In this document: piece after piece, positions 11,834-27,900 of the stretch
Layout: every line of letters begins with the position of its first letter
How positions within the stretch are numbered: position 1 is the first letter of the stretch
Assembly: GCA_964016885.1 (NCBI GenBank)
Contig: OZ024743.1
Coordinates: forward strand, 222,270,001-222,334,000
Reading direction: 5' to 3'
Origin: Eledone cirrhosa
Taxonomy: Eukaryota
DNA: 64,000 nucleotides
Made by a program: the position numbers and the translations under genes
Notes under the pieces: generated by a model
The model's input: the letters and a program-made list of their open reading frames with translations, nothing else
What the model was told of the DNA's origin: nothing
Databases searched by the model: none

Positions 11834-12038
11834 CCCTTTAGCATTTAAACTGGCTATATCCGGGCCAGAATTCTCTCACTTTCTGTTCAAACTGACTGTA
11901 ACTGGCCACTCATACTGATGTTATGGTATTGTTCTCAAAATAAATAATATCAAAATCTCATAGATTTAATATTATGTGTGATAATTATGTGAGGTGAAAA
12001 TATAATAGTATATATAGGGTAATGTAAATGCTAAAGGG
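11834..12038. mobile_element. piggyBac-type MITE
   Basis: TIRs CCCTTTAGCATTTA / TAAATGCTAAAGGG; flanks TTAG and TTTA (decayed TTAA); inverted copy at 59084-59314. Confidence 0.8.
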
Positions 12039-12629
12039 TTTAGCAGGGCTACCTCTCAGATGGGCTGAGGGCCTAATTCTTGCTAACATACATTCCCACA
12101 CTCTACCAAGTGCTCAGACAAGCCAGGAGCCCACATCTTGCTTACATATCTTCCTCTGATCTACAGAGTACATTTTATTGAGGCACCACCACTAGTATGT
12201 TATCAGGTTTTGACACTAGTTCCAGTTATTAGACTACAGTCATATAGAAGTTTAGTCAACCATATCAACTACAGTACTTATTTAATTCAAGTCTGGTACT
12301 TATTTTATTGATATGGAGTTGGGGGGGGGGGGGGCTGAGCCATTAAATTATAATCAAATAATTTCCTTTCCTATTTTTCTCCTCTTTACTATTTTGATGA
12401 AACTTCTTCATTATTAAGTGCTACTCAAAGATATTACAATTGGATCCATCACCTAACTCCTCTTAATTTCTCAAATATATTGATTTCCTCTTAACTAATG
12501 GCTTTCCTACATAGCTTTTTCTGTAGGTAGACCTGTCTGAAATTGTCTAATTTGTCTTTGTAGATCACAATTTCTGGTTTGTATTAGCAATACTTCACAC
12601 CAACATTATCTGGTACTCTACCTAATTAA

Positions 12630-12903
12630 AAAGTCTGTCAAAAGCCAGAAGACTCATTAGACCAATGCTTATCTCAGGTTTATAGCGTGAAGTAACTGAG
12701 AGTACAAGACTTCCCCCTGGACAGAATGCCTGTCCATAACAAGGTTAAACCCCCAACTATTGCTGATACTCATTTTCAACTGATAATATTGGAGCAACAT
12801 CAAATGAAATGTTTCACTCAAGAACACGACATGCCATCCAGACAAAATATTGAAACCACAACATCATGATCATCAGTCCAACACCCTTACCGCTAGGCCA
12901 TGA
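12630..12903 (-). mobile_element. tRNA/CORE-type SINE, same family as 5925-6177
   Basis: AAGCCAGAAG.CTCATT..ACTGAGAGTACAAGACT..CCTGGACAG shared with 5940-6030. Confidence 0.75.
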
Positions 12904-12975
12904 AATAATTTAGCTACATCATAAAACATAGGCAGGGAGTCTAGTCAATATCTACTCTATCAGACAACTAAACAG

Positions 12976-15900
12976 ATCCAAGTAATCTATACTCTACCCA
13001 ATGCAAGTGATCTATTCTCTACCCAATGCAAGTGATCTATTCTCTACCCAATCCAGGTGATCTATACTCTACCCAATCCAAGTGATCTATACTATACCCA
13101 ATCCAAGTGATCTATACTCTACCCAATCCAAGTGATCTATACTCTATCCAATCCAAGTGATCTATACTCTACCAAATCCAAGTGATCTATACTCAACCCA
13201 ATCCAAGTGATCTATACTCTACCCAATCCAAGTGATCTATCCTCTATCCAATCCAAGTGATCTATACTCTACCCAATCCAAGTGATCTATACTCTACCCA
13301 ATCCAAGTGATCTATACTCTATCCAATCCAAGTGATCTATACTCTACCCAATCCAAGTGATCTATACTCTATCCAATCCAAGTGATCTATTCTCTACCCA
13401 ATCCAAGTGATCTATACTCTATCCAATCCAAGTGATCTATCCTCTACCCAATCCAAGTGATCTATACTCTACCCAATCCAAGTGATCTATACTCTACCCA
13501 ATCCAAGTGATCTATACTCTACCCAATCCAAGTGATCTATACTCTACCCAATCCAAGTGATCTATACTCTACCCAATCCAAGTGATCTATACTCTACCCA
13601 ATCCAAGTGATCTATACTCTACCCAATCCAAGTGATCTATACTCTATCCAATCAAAGTGATCTATACTCTACCCAATCCAAGTGATCTATACTCTACCCA
13701 ATCCAAGTGATCTATCCTCTACCCAATCCAAGTGATCTATACTCTACCCAATCCAAGTGATCTATACTCTACCAAATCCAAGTGATCTATACTCTACCCA
13801 ATCCAAGTGATCTATACTCTACCCAATCCAAGTGATCTATACTCTACCCAATCCAAGTGATCTATACTCTATCCAATCCAAGTGATCTATACTCTACCCA
13901 ATCCAAGTGATCTATACTCTACCCAATCCAAGTGATCTATACTCTACCCAATCCAAGTGATCTATACTCTACCCAATCCAAGTGATCTATACTCTATCCA
14001 ATCCAAGTGATCTATACTCTATCCAATCCAAGTGATCTATACTCTACCCAATCCAAGTGATCTATACTCTACCCAATCCAAGTGATCTATACTCTACCCA
14101 ATCCAAGTGATCTATACTCTATCCAATCCAAGTGATCTATACTCTACCCAATCCAAGTGATCTATACTCTACCCAATCCAAGTGATCTATACTCTACCCA
14201 ATCCAAGTGATCTATACTCTACCCCATCCAAGTGATCTATACTCTACCCAATCCAAGTGATCTATACTCTACCCAATCCAAGTGATCAATACTCTATCCA
14301 ATCCAAGTGATCTATTCTCTACCCAATCCAAGTGATCTATACTCTATCCAATCCAAGTGATCTATACTCTATCCAATCCAAGTGATCTATACTCTACCCA
14401 ATCAGAGTGATCTATACTCTACCCAATCCAAGTGATCTATACTCTATCCAATCCAAGTGATCTATACTCTACCCAATCCAAGTGATCTATACTCTATCCA
14501 ATCCAAGTGATCTATACTCTATCCAATCCAAGTGATCTATACTCTATCCAATCCAAGTGATCTATACTCTACCCAATCCAAGTGATCTATACTCTACCCA
14601 ATCCAAGTGATCTATTCTCTACCCAATCCAAGTGATCTATACTCTACCCAATCCAAGTGATCTATACTCTACCCAATCCAAGTGATCTATACTCTACCCA
14701 ATCCAAGTGATCTATACTCTACCCAATCCAGGTGATCTATACTCTATCCAATCCAAGTGATCTATACTCTACCCAATCCAAGTGATCTATACTCTATCCA
14801 ATCCAAGTGATCTATACTCTATCCAATCCAAGTGATCTATACTCTATCCACTCCAAGTGATCTATACTCTATCCAATCCAAGTGATCTATACTCTACCCA
14901 ATCCAAGTGATCTATACTCTACCCAATCCAGGTGATCTATACTCTACCCAATCCAAGTGATCTATACTCTATCCAATCCAAGTGATCTATACTCTACCCA
15001 ATCCAAGTGATCTATACTCTACCCAATCCAAGTGATCTATACTCTACCCAATCCAAGTGATCTATACTCTACCCAATCCAAGTGATCTATACTCTATCCA
15101 ATCCAAGTGATCTATACTCTACCCAATCCAAGTGATCTATACACTACCCAATCCAAGTGATCTATACTCTATCCAATCCAAGTGATCTATACTCTACCCA
15201 ATGCAAGTGATCTATACTCTACCCAATGCAAGTGATCTATTCTCTACCCAATCCAGGTGATCTATACTCTACCCAATCCAAGTGATCTATTCTCTACCCA
15301 ATCCAAGTGATCTATACTCTACCCAATCCAAGTGATCTATACTCTACCCAATCCAAGTGATCTATACTCTACCCAATCCAAGTGATCTATACTCTACCCA
15401 ATCCAAGTGATCTATACTCTACCCAATCCAAGTGATCTATACTCTACCCAATCCAAGTGATCTATACTCTACCCAATCCAGGTGATCTATACTCTACCCA
15501 ATCCAAGTGATCTATACTCTATCCAATCCAAGTGATCTATACTCTACCCAATCCAAGTGATCTATACTCTACCCAATCCAGGTGATCTATACTCTACCCA
15601 ATCCAAGTGATCTATACTCTACCCAATCCAAGTGATCTATACTCTACCCAATCCAAGTGATCTATACTCTACCCAATCCAAGTGATCTATACTCTACCCA
15701 ATCCAAGTGATCTATACTCTACCCAATCCAAGTGATCTATCCTCTATCCAATCCAAGTGATCTATACTCTACCCAATCCAAGTGATCTATACTCTACCCA
15801 ATCCAGGTGATCTATACTCTACCCAATCCAAGTGATCTATCCTCTATCCAATCCAAGTGATCTATACTCTACCCAATCCAAGTGATCTATACTCTACCCA

Positions 15901-18900
15901 ATCCAGGTGATCTATACTCTACCCAATCCAGGTGATCTATCCTCTACCCAATCCAAGTGATCTATACTCTACCCAATCCAAGTGATCTATACTCTACCAA
16001 ATCCAAGTGATCTATACTCTACCCAATCCAAGTGATCTATACTCTACCCAATCCAGGTGATCTATACTCTACCCAATCCAAGTGATCTATACTCTATCCA
16101 ATCCAAGTGATCTATACTCTACCCAATCCAAGTGATCTATACTCTACCCAATCCAGGTGATCTATACTCTACCCAATCCAAGTGATCTATACTCTATCCA
16201 ATCCAAGTGATCTATTCTCTACCCAATCAAAGTGATCTATCCTTTACCCAATCCAAGTGATCTATTCTCTACCCAATCCAAGTGATCTATACTCTATCCA
16301 ATCCAAGTGATCTATACTCTACCCAATCCAAGTGATCTATTCTCTACCCAATCCAAGTGATCTATACTCTACCCAATCCCAGTGATCATACTCAATCCAA
16401 TCCAAGTGATCTATCCTCTACCCAATCCAAGTGATCTATACTCTACCCAATCCAAGTGATCTATACTCTACCCAATCCAAGTGATCTATACTCTACCCAA
16501 TCCAAGTGATCTATACTCTACCCAATCCAAGTGATCTATACTCTACCCAATCCAAGTGATCTATACTGTACCCAATCCAAGTGATCTATACTCTACCCAA
16601 TCCAAGTGATCTATACTCTACCCAATCCAAGTGATCTATACTCTACCCAATCCAAGTGATCTATACTCTACCCAATCCAAGTGATCTATACTCTACCCAA
16701 TCCAAGTGATCTATACTGTACCCAATCCAAGTGATCTATACTCTACCCAATCCAAGTGATCTATACTCTACCCAATCCAAGTGATCTATACTCTACCCAA
16801 TCCAAGTGATCTATACTCTACCCAATCCAAGTGATCTATACTGTACCCAATCCAAGTGATCTATACTCTACCCAATCCAAGTGATCTATACTCTACCCAA
16901 TCCAAGTGATCTATACTGTACCCAATCCAAGTGATCTATACTCTACCCAATCCAAGTGATCTATACTCTACCCAATCCAAGTGATCTATACTCTACCCAA
17001 TCCAAGTGATCTATACTCTACCCAATCCAAGTGATCTATACTCTACCCAATCCAAGTGATCTATACTCTACCCAATCCAAGTGATCTATACTGTACCCAA
17101 TCCAAGTGATCTATACTCTACCCAATCCAAGTGATCTATACTCTACCCAATCCAAGTGATCTATACTCTATCCAATCCAATCCAAGTGATCTATACTCTA
17201 CCCAATCCAAGTGATCTATACTCTACCCAATCCAAGTGATCTATACTCTACCCAATCCAAGTGATCTATACTCTACCCAATCCAATTGATCTATACTCTA
17301 TCCAATCCAAGTGATCTATACTCTACCCAATCCAAGTGATCTATACTCTACCCAATCCAAGTGATCTATACTCTACCCAATCCAAGTGATCTATACTCTA
17401 CCCAATCCAAGTGATCTATACTCTACCCAATCCAAGTGATCTATACTCTACCCAATCCAAGTGATCTATACTCTACCCAATCCAAGTGATCTATACTCTA
17501 TCCAATCCAAGTGATCTATACTCTACCCAATCCAAGTGATCTATACTCTACCCAATCCAAGTGATCTATACTCTACCCAATCCAAGTGATCTATACTCTA
17601 CCCAATCCAAGTGATCTATACTCTACCCAATCCAAGTGATCTATACTCTATCCAATCCAAGTGATCTATCCTCTATCCAATCCAAGTGATCTATACTCTA
17701 CCCAATCCAAGTGATCTATACTCTACCCAATCCAAGTGATCTATACTCTACCCAATCCAAGTGATCTATACTCTACCCAATCCAAGTGATCTATACTCTA
17801 CCCAATCCAAGTGATCTATACTCTACCCAATCCAAGTGATCTATACTGTACCCAATCCAAGTGATCTATACTCTACCCAATCCAAGTGATCTATACTCTA
17901 CCCAATCCAAGTGATCTATACTCTATCCAATCCAATCCAAGTGATCTATACTCTACCCAATCCAAGTGATCTATACTCTACCCAATCCAAGTGATCTATA
18001 CTCTACCCAATCCAAGTGATCTATACTCTACCCAATCCAATTGATCTATACTCTATCCAATCCAAGTGATCTATACTCTACCCAATCCAAGTGATCTATA
18101 CTCTACCCAATCCAAGTGATCTATACTCTACCCAATCCAACTGATCTATACTCTACCCAATCCAAGTGATCTATACTCTACCCAATCCAAGTGATCTATA
18201 CTCTACCCAATCCAAGTGATCTATACTCTACCCAATCCAAGTGATCTATACTCTACCCAATCCAAGTGATCTATACTCTATCCAATCCAAGTGATCTATA
18301 CTCTACCCAATCCAAGTGATCTATACTCTACCCAATCCAAGTGATCTATACTCTACCCAATCCAAGTGATCTATACTCTACCCAATCCAAGTGATCTATA
18401 CTCTACCCAATCCAAGTGATCTATACTCTACCCAATCCAAGTGATCTATACTCTACCCAATCCAAGTGATCTATACTCTACCCAATCCAAGTGATCTATA
18501 CTCTACCCAATCCAAGTGATCTATACTCTACCCAATCCAAGTGATCTATACTCTACCCAATCCAAGTGATCTATACTCTATCCAATCCAAGTGATCTATA
18601 CTCTACCCAATCCAAGTGATCTATACTCTACCCAATCCAAGTGATCTATACTCTACCCAATCCAAGTGATCTATACTCTACCCATTCCAAGTGATCTATA
18701 CTCTACCCAATCCAAGTGATCTATACTCTATCCAATCCAAGTGATCTATACTCTACCCAATCCAAGTGATCTATACTCTACCCAATCCAAGTGATCTATA
18801 CTCTATCCAATCAAAGTGATCTATACTCTACCCAATCCAAGTGATCTATCCTCTATCCAATCCAAGTGATCTATACTCTATCCAATCAGAGTGATCTATA

Positions 18901-21900
18901 CTCTACCCAATCCAAGGGATCTATACTCTACCCAATCCAAGTGATCTATACTCTACCCAATCCAAGTGATCTATACTCTACCCAATCCAAGTGATCTATA
19001 CTCTACCCAATCCAAGTGATCTATACTCTATCCAATCCAAGTGATCTATACTCTACCCAATCCAAGTGATCTTTACTCTACCCAATGCAAGTGATCTATA
19101 CTCTATCCAATCCAAGTGATCTATACTCTATCCAATCCAAGTGATCTATACTCTATCCAATCCAAGTGATCTATACTCTACCCAATCCAAGTGATCTATA
19201 CTCTACCCAATGCAAGTGATCTATACTCTACCCAATCCAAGTGATCTATACTCTATCCAATCCAAGTGATCTATACTCTACCCAATCTAAGTGATCTATA
19301 CTCTACCCAATCCAAGTGATCTATACTCTACCCAATGCAAGTGATCTATACTCTACCCAATCCAAGTGATCTATACTCTATCCAATCCAAGTGATCTATA
19401 CTCTATCCAATCCAAGTGATCTATACTCTATCCAATCCAAGTGATCTATACTCTACCCAATCTAAGTGATCTATACTCTACCCAATCAAAGTGATCTATA
19501 CTCTACCCAATCCAAGTGATCTATACTTTACCCAATCCAAGTGATCTATACTCTACCCAATCCAAGTGATCTATACTCTACCCAATCCAAGTGATCTATA
19601 CTCTACCCAATCCAAGTGATCTATGCTCAACCCAATCCAGGTGATCTATACTCTACCCAATCCAAGTGATCTATACTCTACCCAATCCAAGTGATCTATA
19701 CTCTACCCAATCAAAGTGATCTATACTCTACCCAATCCAAGTGATCTATACTCTACCCAATCAAAGTGATCTATACTCTACCCAATCCAAGTGATCTATA
19801 CTCTACCCAATCCAAGTGATCTATACTCTACCCAATCAAAGTGATCTATACTCTACCCAATCCAAGTGATCTATACTCTACCCAATCCAAGTGATCTATA
19901 CTCTACCCAATCCAAGTGATCTATGCTCAACCCAATCCAGGTGATCTATACTCTACCCAATCCAAGTGATCTATACTCTACCCAATCCAAGTGATCTATA
20001 CTCTACCCAATCAAAGTGATCTATACTCTACCCAATCCAAGTGATCTATACTCCACCCAATCCAAGTGATCTATACTCTACCCAATCCAAGTGATCTATA
20101 CTCTACCCAATCCAAGTGATCTATACTCTACCCAATCAAAGTGATCTATACTCTACCCAATCCAAGTGATCTATACTCTACCCAATCAAAGTGATCTATA
20201 CTCTACCCAATCCAAGTGATCTATACTCTACCCAATCCAAGTGATCTATACTCTATCCAATCCAAGTGATCTATACTCTACCCAATCCAAGTGATCTATA
20301 CTTTACCCAATCCAAGTGATCTATACTCTACCCAATCCAAGTGATCTATACTCTACCCAATCCAAGTGATCTATACTCTACCCAATCCAAGTGATCTATA
20401 CTCTACCCAATCCAAGGGATCTATACTCTATCCAATCCAAGTGATCTATACTCAACCCAATCCAGGTGATCTATACTCTACCCAATCCAAGTGATCTATA
20501 CTCTATCCAATCCAAGTGATCTATACTCTATCCAATCCAAGTGATCTATACTCTACCCAATCCAAGGGATCTATACTCTATCCAATCCAAGTGATCTATA
20601 CTCTACCCAATCCAAGTGATCTATACTCTATCCAATCCAAGTGATCTATACTCTATCCAATCCAAGTGATCTATACTCTACCCAATCCAAGTGATCTATA
20701 CTCTACCCAATCCAAGTGATGTACACTCTATCCAATCCAAGTGATCTATACTCTACCCAATCCAAGTGATCTATACTCTATCCAATCCAAGTGATCTATA
20801 CTCTATCCAATCCAAGTGATCTATACTCTACCCAATCCAAGTGATCTATGCTCAACCCAATCCAAGTGATCTATACTCTACCCAATCCAAGTGATCTATG
20901 CTCAACCCAATCCAAGTGATCTATACTCTACCCAATCCAAGTGATCTATACTCTATCCAATCCAAGTGATCTATGCTCAACCCAATCCAAGTGATCTATA
21001 CCCTACCCAATCCAAGTGATCTATGCTCAACCCAATCCAAGTGATCTATACTCTACCCAATCCAAGTGATCTATACTCTACCCAATCCAAGTGATCTATA
21101 CTCTACCCAATTCAAGTGATCTATACTCTATCCAATTCAAGTGATCTATACTCTACCCAATCCAAGTGATCTATACTCTACCCAATCCAAGTGATCTATC
21201 CTCTACCCAATCCAAGTGATCTATACTCTACCCAATCCAAGTGATCTATACTCTACCCAATCCAAGTGATCTATACTCTACCCAATCCAAGTGATCTATA
21301 CTCTATCCAATCCAAGTGATCTATCCTCTATCCAATCCAAGTGATCTATACTCTACCCAATCCAAGTGATCTATACTCTATCCAATCCAAGTGATCTATA
21401 CTCTACCCAATCCAAGTGATCTATACTCTACCCAATCCAAGTGATCTATACTCTACCCAATCCAAGTGATCTATCCTCTATCCAATCCAAGTGATCTATA
21501 CTCTACCCAATCCAAGTGATCTATACTCTACCCAATCCAAGTGATCTATACTCTACCCAATCCAAGTGATCTATACTCTACCCAATCCAAGTGATCTATC
21601 CTCTATCCAATCCAAGTGATCTATACTCTACCCAATCCAAGTGATCTATACTCTACCCAATCCAAGTGATCTATACTCTACCCAATCCAAGTGATCTATA
21701 CTCTATCCAATCCAAGTGATCTATACTCTACCCAATCCAAGTGATCTATACTCTATCCAATCCAAGTGATCTATCCTCTATCCAATCCAAGTGATCTATA
21801 CTCTACCCAATCCAAGTGATCTATACTCTATCCAATCCAAGTGATCTATACTCTACCCAATCCAAGTGATCTATACTCTACCCAATCCAAGTGATCTATA

Positions 21901-24900
21901 CTCTACCCAATCCAAGTGATCTATCCTCTATCCAATCCAAGTGATCTATACTCTACCCAATCCAAGTGATCTATACTCTACCCAATCCAACTGATCTATA
22001 CTCTACCCAATCCAAGTGATCTATACTCTATCCAATCCAACTGATCTATACTCTACCCAATCCAAGTGATCTATACTCTACCCAATCCAAGTGATCTATA
22101 CTCTATCCAATCCAACTGATCTATACTCTACCCAATCCAAGTGATCTATACTCTACCCAATCCAAGTGATCTATACTCTACCCAATCCAAGTGATCTATA
22201 CTCTACCCAATCCAAGTGATCTATACTCTATCCAATCCAAGTGATCTATACTCTATCCAATCCAAGTGATCTATACTCTATCCAATCCAAGTGATCTATA
22301 CTCTTCCCAATCCAAGTGATCTATACTCTACCCAATCCAAGTGATGTACACTCTATCCAATCCAAGTGATCTATACTCTACCCAATCCAAGTGATCTATA
22401 CTCTATCCAATCCAAGTGATCTATACTCTATCCAATCCAAGTGATCTATACTCTACCCAATCCAAGTGATCTATGCTCAACCCAATCCAAGTGATCTATA
22501 CTCTACCCAATCCAAGTGATCTATACTCTACCCAATCCAAGTGATCTATACTCTACCCCATCCAAGTGATCTATACTCTACCCAATCCAAGTGATCTATA
22601 CTCTACCCAATCCAAGTGATCTATACTCTACCCAATCCAAGTGATCTATACTCTACCCAATTCAAGTGATCTATACTCTATCCAATTAAAGTGATCTATA
22701 CTCTACCCAATCCAAGTGATCTATACTCTACCCAATCCAAGTGATCTATACTCTACCCAATCCAAGTGATCTATACTCTACCCAATCCAAGTGATCTATA
22801 CTCTATCCAATCCAAGTGATCTATACTCTACCCAATCCAAGTGATCTATACTCTACCCAATCCAAGTGATCTATCCTCTATCCAATCCAAGTGATCTATA
22901 CTCTACCCAATCCAAGTGATCTATACTCTATCCAATCCAAGTGATCTATACTCTACCCAATCCAAGTGATCTATACTCTACCCAATCCAAGTGATCTATC
23001 CTCTATCCAATCCAAGTGATCTATACTCTATCCAATCCAAGTGATCTATACTCTACCCAATCCACGTGATCTATAATCTACCCAATCCAAGTGATCTATA
23101 CTCTACCCAATCCAAGTGATCTATACTCTATCCAATCCAAGTGATCTATACTCTACCCAATCCAAGTGATCTATACTCTACCCAATCCAAGTGATCTATA
23201 CTCTACCCCATCCAAGTGATCTATACTCTACCCAATCCAAGTGATCTATACTCTACCCAATCCAAGTGATCTATACTCTACCCAATCCAAGTGATCTATA
23301 CTCTACCCAATTCAAGTGATCTATACTCTATCCAATTAAAGTGATCTATACTCTACCCAATCCAAGTGATCTATACTCTATCCAATCCAAGTGATCTATA
23401 CTCTACTCAATCCAAGTGATCTATACTCTACCCAATCCAATTGATCTATACTCTACCCCATCCAAGTGATCTATACTCTACCCAATCCAATTGATCTATA
23501 CTCTACCCAATCCAAGTGATCTATACTCTACCCAATCCAATTGATCTATACTCTATCCAATCCAAGTGATCTATACTCTACCCAATCCAATTGATCTATA
23601 CTCTACCCCATCCAAGTGATCTATACTCTACCCAATCCAATTGATCTATACTCTACCCAATCCCAGTGATCTATACTCTACCCAATCCAAGTGATCTATT
23701 CTCTACCCAATCCAAGTGATCTATACTCTACCCAATCCAAGTGATCTATACTCTATCCAATCCAAGTGATCTATACTCTACCCAATCCAAGTGATCTATA
23801 CTCTATCCAATCCAAGTGATCTATACTCTACCCAATCCAAGTGATCTATACTCTATCCAATCCAAGTGATCTATACTCTACCCCATCCAAGTGATCTATA
23901 CTCTACCCAATCCAAGTGATCTATACTTTACCCAATCCAAGTGATCTATACTCTACCCAATCCAAGTGATCTATACTCTACCCAATCCAAGTGATCTATA
24001 CTCTACCCAATCCAAGTGATCTATGCTCAACCCAATCCAGGTGATCTATACTCTACCCAATCCAAGTGATCTATACTCTACCCAATCCAAGTGATCTATA
24101 CTCTACCCAATCAAAGTGATCTATACTCTACCCAATCCAAGTGATCTATACTCTACCCAATCCAAGTGATCTATACTCTACCCAATCCAAGTGATCTATA
24201 CTCTACCCAATCCAAGTGATCTATACTCTACCCAATCAAAGTGATCTATACTCTACCCAATCCAAGTGATCTATACTCTACCCAATCCAAGTGATCTATA
24301 CTCTACCCAATCCAAGTGATCTATGCTCAACCCAATCCAGGTGATCTATACTCTACCCAATCCAAGTGATCTATACTCTACCCAATCCAAGTGATCTATA
24401 CTCTACCCAATCAAAGTGATCTATACTCTACCCAATCCAAGTGATCTATACTCTACCCAATCCAAGTGATCTATACTCTACCCAATCCAAGTGATCTATA
24501 CTCTACCCAATCCAAGTGATCTATACTCTACCCAATCAAAGTGATCTATACTCTACCCAATCCAAGTGATCTATACTCTACCCAATCAAAGTGATCTATA
24601 CTCTACCCAATCCAAGTGATCTATACTCTACCCAATCCAAGTGATCTATACTCTATCCAATCCAAGTGATCTATACTCTACCCAATCCAAGTGATCTATA
24701 CTTTACCCAATCCAATTGATCTATACTCTACCCAATCCAAGTGATCTATACTCTACCCAATCCAAGTGATCTATACTCTACCCAATCCAAGTGATCTATG
24801 CTCAACCCAATCCAGGTGATCTATACTCTACCCAATCCAAGTGATCTATACTCTATCCAATCCAAGTGATCTATACTCTATCCAATCCAAGTGATCTATA

Positions 24901-27900
24901 CTCTACCCAATCCAAGGGATCTATACTCTATCCAATCCAAGTGATCTATACTCTACCCAATCCAAGTGATCTATACTCTATCCAATCCAAGTGATCTATA
25001 CTCTATCCAATCCAAGTGATCTATACTCTACCCAATCCAAGTGATCTATACTCTATCCAATCCAAGTGATCTATACTCTATCCAATCCAAGTGATCTATC
25101 CTCTATCCAATCCAAGTGATCTATACTCTACCCAATCCAAGTGATCTATACTCTACCCAATCCAAGTGATGTATACTCTATCCAATCCAAGTGATCTATA
25201 CTCTACCCAATCCAAGTGATCTATAGTCTACCCAATCCAAGTGATCTATACTCTACCCAATCCAAGTGATCTATCCTCTATCCAATCCAAGTGATCTATA
25301 CTCTACCCAATCCAAGTGATCTATACTCTACCCAATCCAAGTGATCTATACTCTACCCAATCCAAGTGATCTATACTCTACCCAATCCAAGTGATCTATC
25401 CTCTATCCAATCCAAGTGATCTATACTCTACCCAATCCAAGTGATCTATACTCTACCCAATCCAAGTGATCTATACTCTACCCAATCCAAGTGATCTATA
25501 CTCTACCCAATCCAAGTGATCTATACTCTACCCAATCCAAGTGATCTATACTCTATCCAATCCAAGTGATCTATCCTCTATCCAATCCAAGTGATCTATA
25601 CTCTACCCAATCCAAGTGATCTATACTCTATCCAATCCAAGTGATCTATACTCTACCCAATCCAAGTGATCTATACTCTACCCAATCCAAGTGATCTATA
25701 CTCTACCCAATCCAAGTGATCTATACTCTATCCAATCCAAGTGATCTATACTCTATCCAATCCAAGTGATCTATACTCTATCCAATCCAAGTGATCTATA
25801 CTCTACCCAATCCAAGTGATCTATACTCTATCCAATCCAAGTGATCTATCCTCTATCCAATCCAAGTGATCTATACTCTACCCAATCCAAGTGATCTATA
25901 CTCTATCCAATCCAAGTGATCTATACTCTACCCAATCCAAGTGATCTATACTCTACCCAATCCAAGTGATCTATACTCTACCCAATCCAAGTGATCTATC
26001 CTCTATCCAATCCAAGTGATCTATACTCTACCCAATCCAAGTGATCTATACTCTACCCAATCCAACTGATCTATACTCTACCCAATCCAAGTGATCTATA
26101 CTCTATCCAATCCAACTGATCTATACTCTACCCAATCCAAGTGATCTATACTCTACCCAATCCAAGTGATCTATACTCTATCCAATCCAAGTGATCTATA
26201 CTCTATCCAATCCAAGTGATCTATACTCTATCCAATCCAAGTGATCTATACTCTACCCAATCCAAGTGATCTATACTCTACCCAATCCAAGTGATGTACA
26301 CTCTATCCAATCCAAGTGATCTATACTCTACCCAATCCAAGTGATCTATACTCTATCCAATCCAAGTGATCTATACTCTATCCAATCCAAGTGATCTATA
26401 CTCTACCCAATCCAAGTGATCTATGCTCAACCCAATCCAAGTGATCTATACTCTACCCAATCCAAGTGATCTATACTCTACCCAATCCAAGTGATCTATA
26501 CTCTACCCCATCCAAGTGATCTATACTCTACCCAATCCAAGTGATCTATACTCTACCCAATCCAAGTGATCTATACTCTACCCAATCCAAGTGATCTATA
26601 CTCTACCCAATTCAAGTGATCTATACTCTATCCAATCCAAGTGATCTATACTCTACCCAATCCAAGTGATCTATACTCTACCCAATCCAAGTGATCTATC
26701 CTCTACCCAATCCAAGTGATCTATACTCTACTCAATCCAAGTGATCTATACTCTACCCAATCCAAGTGATCTATACTCTACCCAATCCAAGTGATCTATA
26801 CTCTATCCAATCCAAGTGATCTATCCTCTATCCAATCCAAGTGATCTATACTCTACCCAATCCAAGTGATCTATACTCTATCCAATCCAAGTGATCTATA
26901 CTCTACCCAATCCAAGTGATCTATACTCTACCCAATCCAAGTGATCTATACTCTACCCAATCCAAGTGATCTATACTCTACCCAATCCAAGTGATCTATC
27001 CTCTATCCAATCCAAGTGATCTATACTCTATCCAATCCAAGTGATCTATACTCTACCCAATCCAAGTGATCTATCCTCTATCCAATCCAAGTGATCTATA
27101 CTCTATCCAATTCAAGTGATCTATACTCTATCCAATCCAAGTGATCTATACTCTACCCAATCCAAGTGATCTATACTCTACCCAATCCAAGTGATCTATA
27201 CTCTACCCAATCCAAGTGATCTATACTCTACCCAATCCAAGTGATCTATACTCTACCCAATCCAAGTGATCTATCCTCTATCCAATCCAAGTGATCTATA
27301 CTCTACCCAATCCAAGTGATCTATACTCTATCCAATCCAAGTGATCTATACTCTACCCAATCCACGTGATCTATAATCTACCCAATCCAAGTGATCTATA
27401 CTCTACCCAATCCAAGTGATCTATACTCTATCCAATCCAAGTGATCTATACTCTACCCAATCGAAGTGATCTATACTCTACCCAATCCAAGTGATCTATA
27501 CTCTACCCAATCCAAGTGATCTATACTCTACCCAATCCAAGTGATCTATACTCTACCCAATCCAAGTGATCTATACTCTACCCAATCCAAGTGATCTATA
27601 CTCTACCCAATCCAATTGATCTATACTCTATCCCAATCCAAGTGATCTATACTCTACCCAATCCAATTGATCTATACTCTACCCAATCCAAGTGATCTAT
27701 ACTCTACCCAATCCAATTGATCTATACTCTACCCCAATCCAAGTGATCTATACTCTACCCAATCCAATTGATCTATACTCTATCCAATCCAAGTGATCTA
27801 TACTCTACCCAATCCAATTGATCTATACTCTACCCAATCCAAGTGATCTATACTCTACCCAATCCAATTGATCTATACTCTACCCAATCCAAGTGATCTA

